Origin: Phoronis australis
Taxonomy: Eukaryota; Animalia; Phoronida
Length of the DNA: 64,000 nt
Assembly: GCA_002633005.1 (NCBI GenBank)
Contig: NMRA01000279.1
Location: 11,233 to 75,232 of the forward strand
Direction of reading: 5' to 3'
Within the stretch, counting starts at the first letter, position 1, and each line of letters starts with the position of its first letter. Shown here piece after piece: positions 50,759 through 62,725 of the stretch. The position numbers were made by a program, and so were the translations under genes. The notes beneath the pieces are model-generated. The model was not told the origin of the DNA and did no database searches. It was given only the letters and a program-made list of their open reading frames with translations.

Positions 50759-53675
50759 CTGGTCTCCAGCTTCTCAGCTCGGTATAATTTGTGTCAAAGT
50801 GGTTCATGTACGTGGCACATATTTGACGTAATTTGCTGTCGGTTAAGTATTCAGATTTTAACAACTGAATTCCACAAACTTTTTGTTAGCGAGCGAACGT
50901 TTCCGGCTTTCACAGCCACTGATCTCAAAAATCTGCGGTGACACAATATTGCTGGTGCAGTGCGTCTGATTGTGGCGCTGTTGGCCTGTCTGCGTCCTAC
51001 GCGGTAACTGTCGTGGCATGACTCATATAATCCATAGAATACAATAGCTCGTCCCCTGATCTCATAAACAATCAATTGTTTCCCCTCGATTGAATTCATT
51101 TGCTCGGCTTGCCGGGCTCCATAGCTTTGGCACCTCGGCCATAATCCCTAGTGCATTGTCATTTTCCCCGTCCCGATTCTTGCCTAATTAAGTATCGAGG
51201 TTTAATATTGTAGCATGCTGGGACAGCACGGCAGCTGACATAATACCTGAGAAATAGCAACAGCGACTTGAATGCCATTCAGTCATCGTGTCACCAACAA
51301 CACGTACATTTCTATTAGTTGCTTACGATATTACCGTGATCGAAGACTGGAGAATTAATAATACCCGCAGAATATACACGTACATTCGAGAGTCTAGCCA
51401 GAGCCAGGTAATGTAGATATATTAAAGTTTTTATATTTTCTTAACGCCCGTAACAAGCAGAATTTCAGTGCCAATAATTAATGTAACGTTTTGATTACTC
51501 TTGTGCGATATTTAAAATAAATGTATGTTGGTAAGCTTCACGCGTTGGATCGGCTATTTGGCTAAAACTCATTTGGTGTCCTACGTTGTATTTATATATT
51601 TTAGGAACTATGCAATTGATATACCGATTATATGATTTCTTTGTCCAATATCCCAAACTCCAAATTATTCTTAACTTTTATTTTCATTTATTTCAAGTAT
51701 TCAACGCGATTTTCCCAAAGTACAGCTGCTACAAAACCAGTTTGCATACATTGATTTATCCTTTGATGTTCGTTTGCAAAATAGTTACATGAAAAAATTA
51801 AACACCTTTGCCAGAGCTAAGCTGATTGCTTTAATTCTTTTCCTGTGTGAAATCCAGATTTTGCCTCGTTTAGTTGGCTAAAAACCGAGAACGAATCTCG
51901 AGAGCTATTTACTGTCGTAAAGTCGGTCTAGTAATAGTTCTTACTATGAATTGGAACCCATTCTCGTTATAAACAAGAACATTGAAACCATCATACAAGA
52001 AAACGCTTTCGACTTTACTATATTAAGGTTCGCCAACCCTAAAATTGCGTAATCGGATTTGGCGCATGTACGCATGTCTTTGACGGAAATAACGGAAATA
52101 GAATCCTACCACGGAATACGATTTTATGAGAGTAAAGGTATAATTGGATATTCTTTTTCTAGCCATGAAGTACACAGGGCGAAATGCAGCTCTGAATAAT
52201 AGTGTGCTCAACGGACTAATCATTTTTATGTTATTTGGACACACACAGTAATTCATATTTAGACAATTATCAGTACAAAACTATAAATTTTCACTCAATA
52301 AATTTTCCCAACATAGAAATCCTTCAGAATGTACTTTTTGACTTTCTGCCAACGGAGCCATTGATTGAGTCACGCGTGATCATGTGTTTAGCCAAACTTT
52401 GTAAAACGAAAGGTACAGTACCAAAAACAACGGTATCAATGACATCATCAATTTTTATTGGATACAAATATTCAAGTGAGACCTCAAAAACGCTGTTACA
52501 ATAAATTTTCGTGAAATGTTCCATTTTCCTTTGATACAAAAAACAAACCATGAGGGGCTATTAAAATAGAATTTACAAAAGTGGAACATTTTGAAAACAA
52601 TGCCTCACAGTCGTTTTGGAGAAAGTTTCATGTTACTCTAATCATCCATTTCTAGGAAATTAGTCAAATTTAGATTTTTTCTAAAATCCTCCATAACCGC
52701 TTGCTCATTATCACTGACATGGCATTTTGGTGGTGAATGCGGGCCGGTAATCACCACCCATATAGTTTGTGTGTTCATATATAGTCAAGCGAGAGTTTAC
52801 ATTGTGTACCAATTTTTAGTTCAGCTGCCATGACTAATAGGCCTAATCATGATTCATGACCCAGTAAAACGAATCCAGACCCGCTGACCCGACTGGCCGT
52901 GTGCCGAACGCTAAGCCCAATCGTCGTGAGAGACCGTCCGGAGTTGGTGGGCAACGGTCTGGGCTCAACAGAAAACCACAGATCTTTACGGCCGATTACA
53001 TTTCATTGCCCCTGAAGCCAATGGTTTGATGAAGAGGTGCCTGAAGACTCGCGCGTTTACATTTTCGCCCTTGTTTAATGATATGTAAAAGTTTAGAATT
53101 AAATTCCTCTTACATTCTGAACAAAAACTTTTTTCACTAATATCGATGATTTTGGCCGAGATCTTTCAAATTCAGTCCGGGCCAGCCCAGCAGAGTGGAG
53201 AATCGTCTCAAAGATTACTACACAGTAAAGCGGTTTCACTGTCAACAAAGAAAGATGTCAAAATTGACTTACAGTTGACATTTTTAAACCGTATTTCATG
53301 CTACATTGAAAGTATGGATAAACCTGTTATCGTAAGTTTAACAATAAATCTCAGTGCAAATTTAATGAATTTAGTGAAACTCACAAGAATAGAACGTACG
53401 TAACTTGCGCAATGAACCGAGTTTTTACAGTACAGCAAGTGAGAATGACCGTGTAGCCTACGACTGAAATTTTAGGCATTTCGAAGTGAAAGCTTGGAAA
53501 AAGTAATAGGGGTACATGTTTTCTCTCTATTTAGTTAACTATTGTGAACACAGGTCTGAAAGCCGAGCATCGTCACTGCGGCGCACACGGCCACTGAGAC
53601 TTTAGTTAGTCTCCCAATACAAGTTGGCAATCGGATGGTTTATAAGAGCGTAATTCTTTATTTCTACTGTGAGTC

Positions 53676-53943
53676 CATGGGCGCAACCAGAGAGGGCTCG
53701 GGGGATCATTCCAGCCAGCCCCCCCCCCCCCCCCCCGTAAANCCGCCTCAGTAAACCAGTAAACTTAAAAGGCCGAGTAAACGACACAAAAGTCCACAAA
53801 GGACACAGGAAATCGGCGCAGATGCATGCAATAGGCCTGAACTTAGTGGCCCCGTTTTTTTAGTCCTCGTTAATTTTGTTCGTTAAAAGATCCCCATACC
53901 GAGAAATTCGAGCCCCCTGTATTTTAAGTTGGGTGCGTGCATC
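53676..53943. mobile_element. MITE with 5-bp TSD GAGTC
   Basis: Termini CATGGGCGCAACCAG / TTGGGTGCGTGCATC. GAGTC occurs at 53671-53675 and 53944-53948, and the paralogous empty site at 48500-48504 has a single GAGTC. Confidence 0.8.
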
Positions 53944-55875
53944 GAGTCTGTACCGTCCAATGTGATAAACGAGAGCAGTGCTGTTTGTCGCGTCAGCTGT
54001 ACCCCGAGTATCATTATCTCTTGTACGACCCTCAACACGTGATTGGACAAAACCTTTTCAAATTAGTGTAGGTAAGCCAGTGGAGCGTCAGACCCCTGAG
54101 GTCCCTGTCACGTCCTCACGCCACGTTATGTCCCGTGGTGGGGCAGGGCACTCGCCGTATAGAGGTTTGGCGGTGCGGTTGTCCCTCTTTCTACTCAAAT
54201 GCATGATGAACCCTAGCTAAAGGAAAGCAAAAGCAGGCGAAACAACATAAAAATATTAATTTTGCATCAAATTAATCGTAAGTATTTCAAAAAGTTTATT
54301 CCCGGGCAAAGTGATTGAACTTAATGAGCGCACCCAGCCTAAATTATAGTGGGGGCTCTACTTTTTAGGTTTGCGAACCTTTTACTGGAAAATGGAAGCG
54401 GATACTTGAAAAAGAAGAAAAACAATCAAAAAACAAAAAACGGGGTATTAGGTTCAGACCTATGAATTTTGCATTAGCGCATTAGCGCCGAATTCCTGTG
54501 GATTTTTGTCTCGCTTTCTCGGACTTTTTGTTTCTCTGAGGCTGACCTTTCTGCCCATTTCGCCAAATGGGGGCTCTTTCGAGCACCCCCTCCCCCCTTC
54601 TCCACGCTAGGCCTACTGACTGATGGTGAGTTGAGGAGCAACGGGATACGTTGTTTTGTGTTGGACATTCTTCATTATTCAAGTAGTAATTCATTGTCGG
54701 TTCGGATTTCCGAGATGCCGTGGACCCAGAATTAACAACGGTGTTGCGAATCTTTCTTTTTTCACTGTATAATTTCAAATCGGCTTCAGCCATTGACTGT
54801 GTGCACGAGTCCACGATACCGTTGATTACGACATCGGGTATTGGGCCAACCGCATAGCCAAGCTGCCCGGCGGGAACTCAGTCGTGGTGTCGGACACTGT
54901 GATTTCATTGTTACAAGACAAAGAATAGACCGTAGACTCGTGACTGACCTGACAGCTGACGGCATTTAAATATCATGAGCATTACGTAGTCCGATTGGTG
55001 AAAGTTGCATACGTACGCTAGCCAGGTCCATACTTAGCCTAATCCACACCCGGCGGTACTTTATCTGCGCGCTCACTAGTTACGATGCTTGCATGCGTTT
55101 GCTACCCTGATGCATTTTCTTTTACAAGCTTCATTTAATTCCTTCCTTACTGTTATCAACTCTAACCGCTGTTATTTCTGTTGCTACCCGGAACAAAGCA
55201 CTGTTTGGGGAGATTTTCTTTGTAATGAACGCGAAGATTTCTGATCAAGTAGTGTCCTTGGTAGTTCAAAGGGGCGTTGCAGAGACTAGCACTCTCTAAT
55301 GTTTGGAAGACACATTGTATGGAAATGACCGATCTTTGATCTCTGCTCTGGTCACTTTTCAACCAACGCATTTGTTCTTCGTTGTAAGTGCTGTCGATTG
55401 CTTTTCAGATGTGTGAAATTTCCCTGTGCTGCTTTTTGGTTTTCGAAATCTCCCCTTAATTTCTTTGCGTCGATTTGAGCGCATATGTGTTGGATTTCTA
55501 AATGAGTAAATCCGTCGGACATCGTCATCGTCAAACTCAAACTCTGTCTTACTAGTCACCTGCAAGTACTGACTGCTATCTCTACTTCTCTAGCCCATGG
55601 GAGCTTATCTTGAACTTTTCTATGACACACCTGTGATACATTATATGTGTAATAAAGGGAATGGAATAGCCTTTTATCCAACATCTTCTTGAAGTTTGGC
55701 GATGCTCTCAATGATTGAGTCTCGATCCCGTTCTTCTCACTTCTGTAGTAGGCGACGGCATATGATATGTAATTGTAGTACTATATAGTTATACTAGTAG
55801 AACCTATGTACGCTAGAAGACTTAGAACTGAAACTACCGCCTCATCCTGGTTAATATGGGTTAAGCTAGTTACGT

Positions 55876-56161
55876 ATCTACTAGTACTGTTGTAATTACA
55901 CTGCAGATCTACTATTACTGTTGTAATTACACTGCAGATCTACTATTACTGTTTGTAATTACACTGCAGATCTACTAGTACTGTTTGTAATTACACTGCA
56001 GATCTACTAGTACTGTTTGTAATTACACTGCAGATCTACTATTACTGTTTGTAATTACACTGCAGATCTACTAGTACTGTTTGTAATTACACTGCAGATC
56101 TACTAGTACTGTTTGTAATTACACTGCAGATCTACTAGTACTGTTTGTAATTACACTGCAT
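55876..56161. repeat. Minisatellite, 31-32 bp unit, 9 copies
   Basis: ATCTACTAGTACTGTT(T)GTAATTACACTGCAG repeated head-to-tail without spacers. Confidence 0.95.
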
Positions 56162-57108
56162 AGCGTATTTGAATCCCCTGTGTTATAAAAGCAACAAGTA
56201 AAATTTGATTTAAATCATTTAGGAGTTGAATGAGTAAAATCAAGCAAGTTTGGTGAGGATATGGGTCACTGTACTTAGGATCAAAGAATAGTTTTGACCC
56301 GAAATTCTTTGGCTGGGCCTTTAAATGAAGTAAGTGGGCTCTGGTATAGTAGATATTTTATGGTATATAGCGGTGACATGTTGAAATTACCCTTTTCACT
56401 AGATAGCGTTTATATAGTTGGTTGACAGCATTCTGTGCTTTCGAATGGACATTTAACACAGCGAGTTTTCCCATGAGCTTTTCGTGAATTCTTTGTTGCC
56501 ATCATGTATGCATTTCAGACTGTGGTGGGATATTTAAATAATTCCCGCAAGAATGTTTCAAACTGTTCGTGAGTGAAAGAAATTGTCTTCCACCATCACC
56601 TCTTTCTGCCTTGGACACTAATCGTGTCAAGCTACAATCTCTTTTTAGTGCTCATACAATGCTAAACTGCCTGTTTTTAAACGCAGGGAAACACAAACTA
56701 AAGGCTATTATCCATAGCAATTTGACTCAAAGAGTTAGATGTCATGTGTTTGGAATTGTCCAGATTGAAATGTTTGTCAGAGCCATACATCATGTGTGGC
56801 TTGACCTGCCCACATGCTGTAATCAATATTTTACTCGCAGGATAGTGTACCGTAGAGCCAAAGTTTCTTGTGAGGAAAACAAAATCGCACTAGACCGCGC
56901 AAATCACGAGAGTGAAAAGTGAGTGTTTCATTGAGTATGTTCAAGACTAGCACGCTCTATCTTAGTAAAATGGCGACTACTGTCGTGATTGTACTTGAAA
57001 CCTCGCACAATGTCGTTGTTTATGGAAGGTTGAATTCAGTACGTCACTGTTGACTTTGTTTATTCTCGTTGTTTCAGATGTTACTCTCTGTTCAGATTAG
57101 AATCAAAC

Positions 57109-57191
57109 ATGGCTGAACCTGTGATGGACAACCCGTTGTTGGGGCATTCTCCACAGTCTCAACTCAACAAGAGTGTACAAGATATTATAGG
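57109..57191 (+). pseudogene. Orphan duplicate of the FYCO1 first coding exon (partial duplicate or assembly haplotig)
   Basis: Identical to 59111-59192, including the GTAAGA donor, but the duplication ends ~15 nt into the intron. Confidence 0.6.
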
Positions 57192-57850
57192 TAAGACTGT
57201 GCTCTCNTTCTGAATAGTGTCCTTGGTAGTTCAAAGGGGCGTTGCAGAGACTAGCACTCTCTAATGTTTGGAAGACACATTGTATGGAAATGACCGATCT
57301 TTGATCTCTGCTCTGGTCACTTTCAATCAACGCATTTGTTCTTCGTTGTAAGTGCTGTCGATTGCATTTCAGATGTGTGAAATTCCCCTGTGCTGCTTTT
57401 TGGTTTTCGAAATCTCCCCTTAATTTCTTTGTGTCGATTTGAGCGCATATGTGTTGGATTTCTAAATGAGTAAATCCGTCGGACATCGTCATCGTCAAAC
57501 TCAAATTCTGTCTTATTACTACTACTAGTCACCTGCAAGTACTGACTGCTATCTCTACTTCTCTAGCCCGTGGTAGCTTATCTTAAACTTTCCTATGACA
57601 CACCTGTGATACATTATATGTGTAATAAAGGGAATGGAATAGCCTTTTATCCAACATCTTCTTGAAGTTTGGCGATGCTCTCAATGATTGAGAGTCTCGA
57701 TCCCGTTCTTCTCACTTGTGTTGTAGGCGACATCATATAATATGTAATTGTAGTACTGTATAGTTATACTAGTAGAACCTATGTACGCTAGAAGACTTAG
57801 AACTGAAACTACCACCTCATCCTGGTTAATATAGGTTAAGCTAGTTACGT

Positions 57851-58165
57851 ATCTAATAGTACTGTTGTAATTACACTGCAGATCTACTAGTACTGTTGTA
57901 ATTACACTGCAGATCTACTAGTACTGTTGTAATTACACTGCAGACCTACTAGTACTTTTTGTAATTACACTGCAGATCTACTAGTACTGTTTGTAATTAC
58001 ACTGCAGATCTACTAGCACTGTTGTAATTACACTGCAGATCTACTAGTACTTTTTGTAATTACACTGCAGATCTACTAGTACTGTTTGTAATTACACTGC
58101 AGATCTACTAGTACTGTTTGTTATTACACTGCAGATCTACTAGTACTGTTGTAATTACACTGCAG
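57851..58165. repeat. Minisatellite, 31-32 bp unit, 10 copies
   Basis: Same unit as 55876-56161, with a different order of variant units. Confidence 0.95.
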
Positions 58166-58967
58166 AGCGTATTTGAATCCCTGTGTTATAAAAGCAACAA
58201 GTAAAATTTGATTTAAATCATTTAGGAGTTGAATGAGTAAAATCAAGCAAGTTTGGTGAGGATATTTGTTACTGTACTTAGGATCAAAGAATAGTTTTGA
58301 CCCGAAATTCTTTGGCTGGGCCTTTAAATGAAGTAAGTGGGCTCTGGTATAGTAGATATTTTATGTTATATAGCGGTGACATGTTGAAATTACCCTTTTC
58401 ACTAGATAGCGTTTATATAGTTGGTGGACAGCATTCTGTGCTTTCGAATGGACATTTAACACAGCGAGTTTTCCCATGAGCTTTTTGTGAATTCTTTGTT
58501 GCCATCATGTATGTATTTCAGACTGTGGTGGGATATTTAAATAATTCCCACAAGAATGTTTCAAATGTTCGTGAGTGTTAGAAATTGTCTTCCACCATCA
58601 CCTCTACCTGCCTTGGACACTAATCGTGTCAAGCTACAATCTCTTTTTAGTGCTCATACAATGCTAAACTGCCTGTTTTTAAACGCAGGGAAACATAAAC
58701 TAAAGGCTATTATCCATAGCAATTTGACTCAAAGAGTTAAATGTCGTATGTTTGGAATTGTCCAGATTGAAATGTTTGTCAGAGCCATACATCATGTGTG
58801 TCTTGACCTGCCCACATGCTGCAATCAATGTATTACTCGCAGGATAGTGTTCCATAGAGCCAAAGTTTCTTGTGAGGAAAACAAAATCGCACTAGACCGC
58901 GCAAATCACGAGAGTGAAAAGTGAGTGTTGCATTGAGTATGTTCAAGACTAGCACGCTCTATCTTAG

Positions 58968-58979
58968 CAAAATGGCGAC
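58968..58979 (+). promoter_or_regulatory. YY1-type motif in the probable FYCO1 promoter / 5' region
   Basis: CAAAATGGCGAC lies ~140 bp upstream of the FYCO1 ATG. There are candidate UTR donors at 58921 (GTGAGT) and 59041 (GTACGT), and acceptors at 59079 and 59097. Confidence 0.4.
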
Positions 58980-59110
58980 TACTGTTGTGATTGTACTTGA
59001 AACCTCGCACAATGTCGTTTCTTATGGAGGGTTGAATTCAGTACGTCACTATTGACTTTGTTTATTCTCGTTGTTTCAGATGATACTCTCTGTTCAGATT
59101 AGAATCAAAC

Positions 59111-59192
59111 ATGGCTGAACCTGTGATGGACAACCCGTTGTTGGGGCATTCTCCACAGTCTCAACTCAACAAGAGTGTACAAGATATTATAG
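59111..59192 (+). CDS. FYCO1: FYVE and coiled-coil domain-containing protein 1 orthologue, first coding exon
   Basis: MAEPVMDNPLLGHSPQSQLNKSVQDII followed by G|GTAAGA (phase 1). SQLNKSVQDI resembles the vertebrate FYCO1 N-terminus SQLQRIIRDL, recalled from memory. Confidence 0.8.
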
Positions 59193-59431
59193 GTAAGACT
59201 GTGCTCTCCACAACCGAAAACCAATTATTTTGGAATTGTGAGAATGTCCCCAAACAAGTTTATCCTACACATAAACTCAAAGATTGTTACTGGAAACATT
59301 TCTTTTAGTTTTCTGTTAACGATCTAGGTCATGCGTATAAAGCTCGTTTCAGATGTCTTTTTTCAAAAGTTAACATGCACCTCATTGTTGGCTGCTAAAC
59401 ACTAAACACAGATCTATGTTTTCATTCCCAG

Positions 59432-59551
59432 AATGTACAGCTCAGCTTGGCCAGGAGTTCCGCGACAGTCAGGTACCCATAAACGAGGACAGCGACACCT
59501 TACAGCGGTTCTGTGCAAAACTGGAATATTTGCTTCAGGCTGACCAGATAG
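59432..59551 (+). CDS. FYCO1: FYCO1 orthologue, second coding exon (start of the RUN domain); the gene continues beyond the window
   Basis: Acceptor ttcattcccag, then (E)CTAQLGQEFRDSQVPINEDSDTLQRFCAKLEYLLQADQI and donor G|GTAGGT. This matches FYCO1 ...[26 protein letters not shown] and is in phase with the previous exon. Confidence 0.85.
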
Positions 59552-59774
59552 GTAGGTGATGGTTATTGGGAAATTTGGAATATTTTCTTGATTGAACTGC
59601 AGGTTAAACTTGGATTTCTAAAATTTATTTCTGTTGCATGCCTGTATTGTAAAGTTTTTGTAAGATGGTCACTGTGAAAGGTTCAGATATTTTAAGCACA
59701 GTGACTGTTTTTTCATACATGTATTTGCAAAGTTTATGTAAGTTACAAATGTCTGACCTCTCTTGTTCACTCTG

Positions 59775-61505
59775 TCTCTTTCTCTCAGGTTACACTATTC
59801 CTTGTCCTTCACAATCTATCACGACTCGTCACTGCATCGAGTTTGAATTTTGTCACGATGAGGTACCTGCGTTGAGTTTGAAAACCTTTGCAATGAGTTT
59901 GAACTATTGGGGCATTCATCATTTCTCAAACAAATTTGGATATTTTGCATTTTTGGCACAAGTTCAGTACATTCATGCCAAGACTCAACACTCAGACTTC
60001 CCGTAGTATAGACATGGACTTTTGACCATGTACATGAGTGTTGTAATTCCAGTCGAGTTATTATTTTCTGTTGTGAAGAACACTGCATTATTACCTCCCA
60101 TTGGTCTATATTAATACCAAATGAAATTGAAAACAATAGTAGCATTACACTGATTTCTGTTGTCGATGTAGGATGTTAACATATAGTTCAAGATTTTTAA
60201 GTATGGCCTTGTGTCTACACTTGGCACGATCATCTAACTAATAGGATATCCGTAGTAGTTCTACTTATATAATTCAGTATTTCTCCATACTAGTGAGGTA
60301 ACTGTGAATGGTAATTGTTGAAAAAAAAATTGATTATGTACAAAAGTCAATCACTTCAGCTTAATTTTTCCAAATGTGAATCACTGGAAAACAGATATAT
60401 GTGGAACTGAGATCATTTCTTTTGTTTTGCAACAATAAGATATTGTTTGCGTAAACCAAAATAAACTCAATGAATCAAATCTATTTTTATTTTTAAAACG
60501 ATTCTTCACTTTTCTATACAATTAAATTATGGATACATAATAATGGTTACTTTTTACCTTGTAAAAGCAATGCTCTGTTATTATCACTGCTGCTGTATTA
60601 AACTGAAAATGTATTTCCCAATTGTTCAGTAAAATGTATTATCCAGCATTGTGATAATCTTTATTCTAAGTCAATGCATACACTGTTAAGCTGTGAAGAT
60701 GTGGATAATTATATTGACCTTTGACCTCAGTCCTGTATTTGCATTTTTGTTCACCAATACAGTCATTGTTTTGTTGTTACTGATGTTGGTTATGTTGTTG
60801 TTCACCTCTCGTTGTAATTTCCTCAGAATCCATATATTTTGACATCCCTGACTATCACAAACAATGAATGGGTATAGAAATGTGCGTAGTCAAATTGCCA
60901 TATCTTGATATGTTGATTATCACTGACAATGAATGTGTACAGAAATGTCCGTAGTCACATCGCCATATTGTGATATCTTGATTATCATTGACAATGACTG
61001 TGTACAGAAATGTCCGTAGTCACATCGCCATATTGTGATATCTTGATTATCATTGACAATGAATGTGTACAGAAATGTCCGTAGTCACATCGCCATATCT
61101 TGATATTCACAACTGAGTTCACAGACTGGAAGGCCTTGATTAGAACTTTCAGATAATCCTCTTCATTGAAAATACTAAATGAAGATCCTTTTAGAACCAA
61201 GGAACCATACCACTCCTGAAAATTACAAAATCCATGTACATGATCGAAAGTCCATGTCCACACTGTGGGTGGTATGCATGTTAACTATTGGAATAGGTGG
61301 ATTGAACAGGTACTAAAAATCCAAAATGTCCTAATTTACTTACGGAATGACTTGTCTCCCAATACGTAAAACTTGTTGTTTAGGTTTTCAAACTCTGCGC
61401 AAGTAAGGCAAACTTGTTGTGTCAAAATTCAAACTCGATGCAGTGACGAGTCAAAACAGGTTGTGGAAAATGACGCCATTTATAGCTAACTTGAAAGAAA
61501 CAATA
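59775..61505. repeat. Pair of ~290-bp diverged repeats in inverted orientation (59775-60060 and 61215-61505)
   Basis: A perfect 30-bp core GACTCGTCACTGCATCGAGTTTGAATTTTG (59823-59852) has its reverse complement at 61423-61452. Collinear matches include GAGTTTGAAAACCT and GACATGGACTTT.GA.CATGTACATG. Confidence 0.8.
60850..61106. repeat. Minisatellite, 65-bp unit, ~4 copies
   Basis: GATTATCA(C/T)TGACAATGAATGTGTACAGAAATGTCCGTAGTCACATCGCCATAT... starts at 60850, 60915, 60980 and 61045. Confidence 0.92.
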
Positions 61506-62217
61506 TTTGTGAGTTTTGCCTCATGAATTTCGCGTTTATTGTTCAAAGAGAGGAGGCAATCTCTTTGAAAATCCAAATTTTGAGGCTGGAAACGTCTGGT
61601 TGTCACTTCTGTGCACATGATAAGTTTCCTTGATCATCAAGGATATGTAGAATGCTGTATGGTTGGTTGAAAAGTAGTGCATACTATCTCTCTTGAAGTA
61701 AAAACCATTCTGCATACGCAGCTCTGTAGTGAGTGCACAACAACACAAGTGCATCTTTGCTTGACTCAATTTGTGATTCTCATTCGTGTTTACAGGAACG
61801 AAATACGATTTGATTGTAATATAGATTGTTACCTTGAACATATTTTGATCGATTAATTTTGGTGATTGCTTGTTGAACTCTGCTCAATTGACGAGTATAA
61901 AAATCTGTCCGATTCCCATCTCTTTGGAATACTACTCAATACTACTGCGCCCTCTATCTGGAGTAGACCAACTGTTTTTCACTGCAACTTATTGTTCTCG
62001 AGTTATTCCGAAACTTTCAGATAACTTGTCTTTTATTGACTGATTCCTCGCTGAACTTTTGTTTGTTGACCTTTTACTCTGCAAGGTCGTGTGTCATTTT
62101 TGTCGTCATCATGCACACTCATCTTCATCATCCAACATTTTCATCGCCGTGTTTCATTCAGTTTTCATCAAGTTTTAGTTTACAAGACAGTACCTGTGTT
62201 CCTTGTTTTTTTTCTTA

Positions 62218-62261
62218 CCATCATCATCGTCACCATCATCACCATCATCATCACCATCACC

Positions 62262-62293
<32 letters not shown>

Positions 62294-62725
62294 CACCATC
62301 ATCATCATCACCATCATCATCATCACCATCATCATCATCACCATCACCATCATCACCATCATCATCATCGTCACCATCATCATCATCATCATCACCANNN
62401 NNNNNNNNNNNNNNNNNNNNNNNNNNNNNNNNNNNNNNNNNNNNNNNNNNNNNNNNNNNNNNNNNNNNNNNNNNNNNNNNNNNNNNNNNNNNNNNNNNNN
62501 NNNNNNNNNNNNNNNNNNNNNNNNNNNNNNNNNNNNNNNNNNNNNNNNNNNNNNNNNNNNNNNNNNNNNNNNNNNNNNNNNNNNNNNNNNNNNNNNNNNC
62601 ATCATCATCATCATCACCATCACCATCACCATCGTCACCATCATCATTATTGTCATCAGCACAATCATCATCATCGTCACCATCATCATCATTGTCATCA
62701 GCACCATCATCACCGTCATCGTCAC
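62218..62725. repeat. (CAT/CAC)n trinucleotide microsatellite spanning an assembly gap (N 62398-62599)
   Basis: Seen directly in the sequence. Confidence 0.97.

Larger units (their letters stand above)
55240..59208. repeat. ~2-kb near-identical tandem duplication (55240-57206 vs 57208-59208) joined at an N
   Basis: Collinear throughout, with scattered substitutions and small indels. The junction ...gctctcNttctgaatagtgtcc... is at 57207. Confidence 0.92.

Noticed and set aside
55162-55560. Minus-strand ORF divergent from FYCO1 (also 57103-57504)
   Set aside because: It is frameshifted between the two duplicate units, has no recognisable domain and has a weak acceptor. A non-coding divergent transcript cannot be excluded without RNA data.
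55876-58165. 31-32 bp repeats resembling a CRISPR array
   Set aside because: The units are head-to-tail with no unique spacers, there are no cas genes, and the context is eukaryotic.
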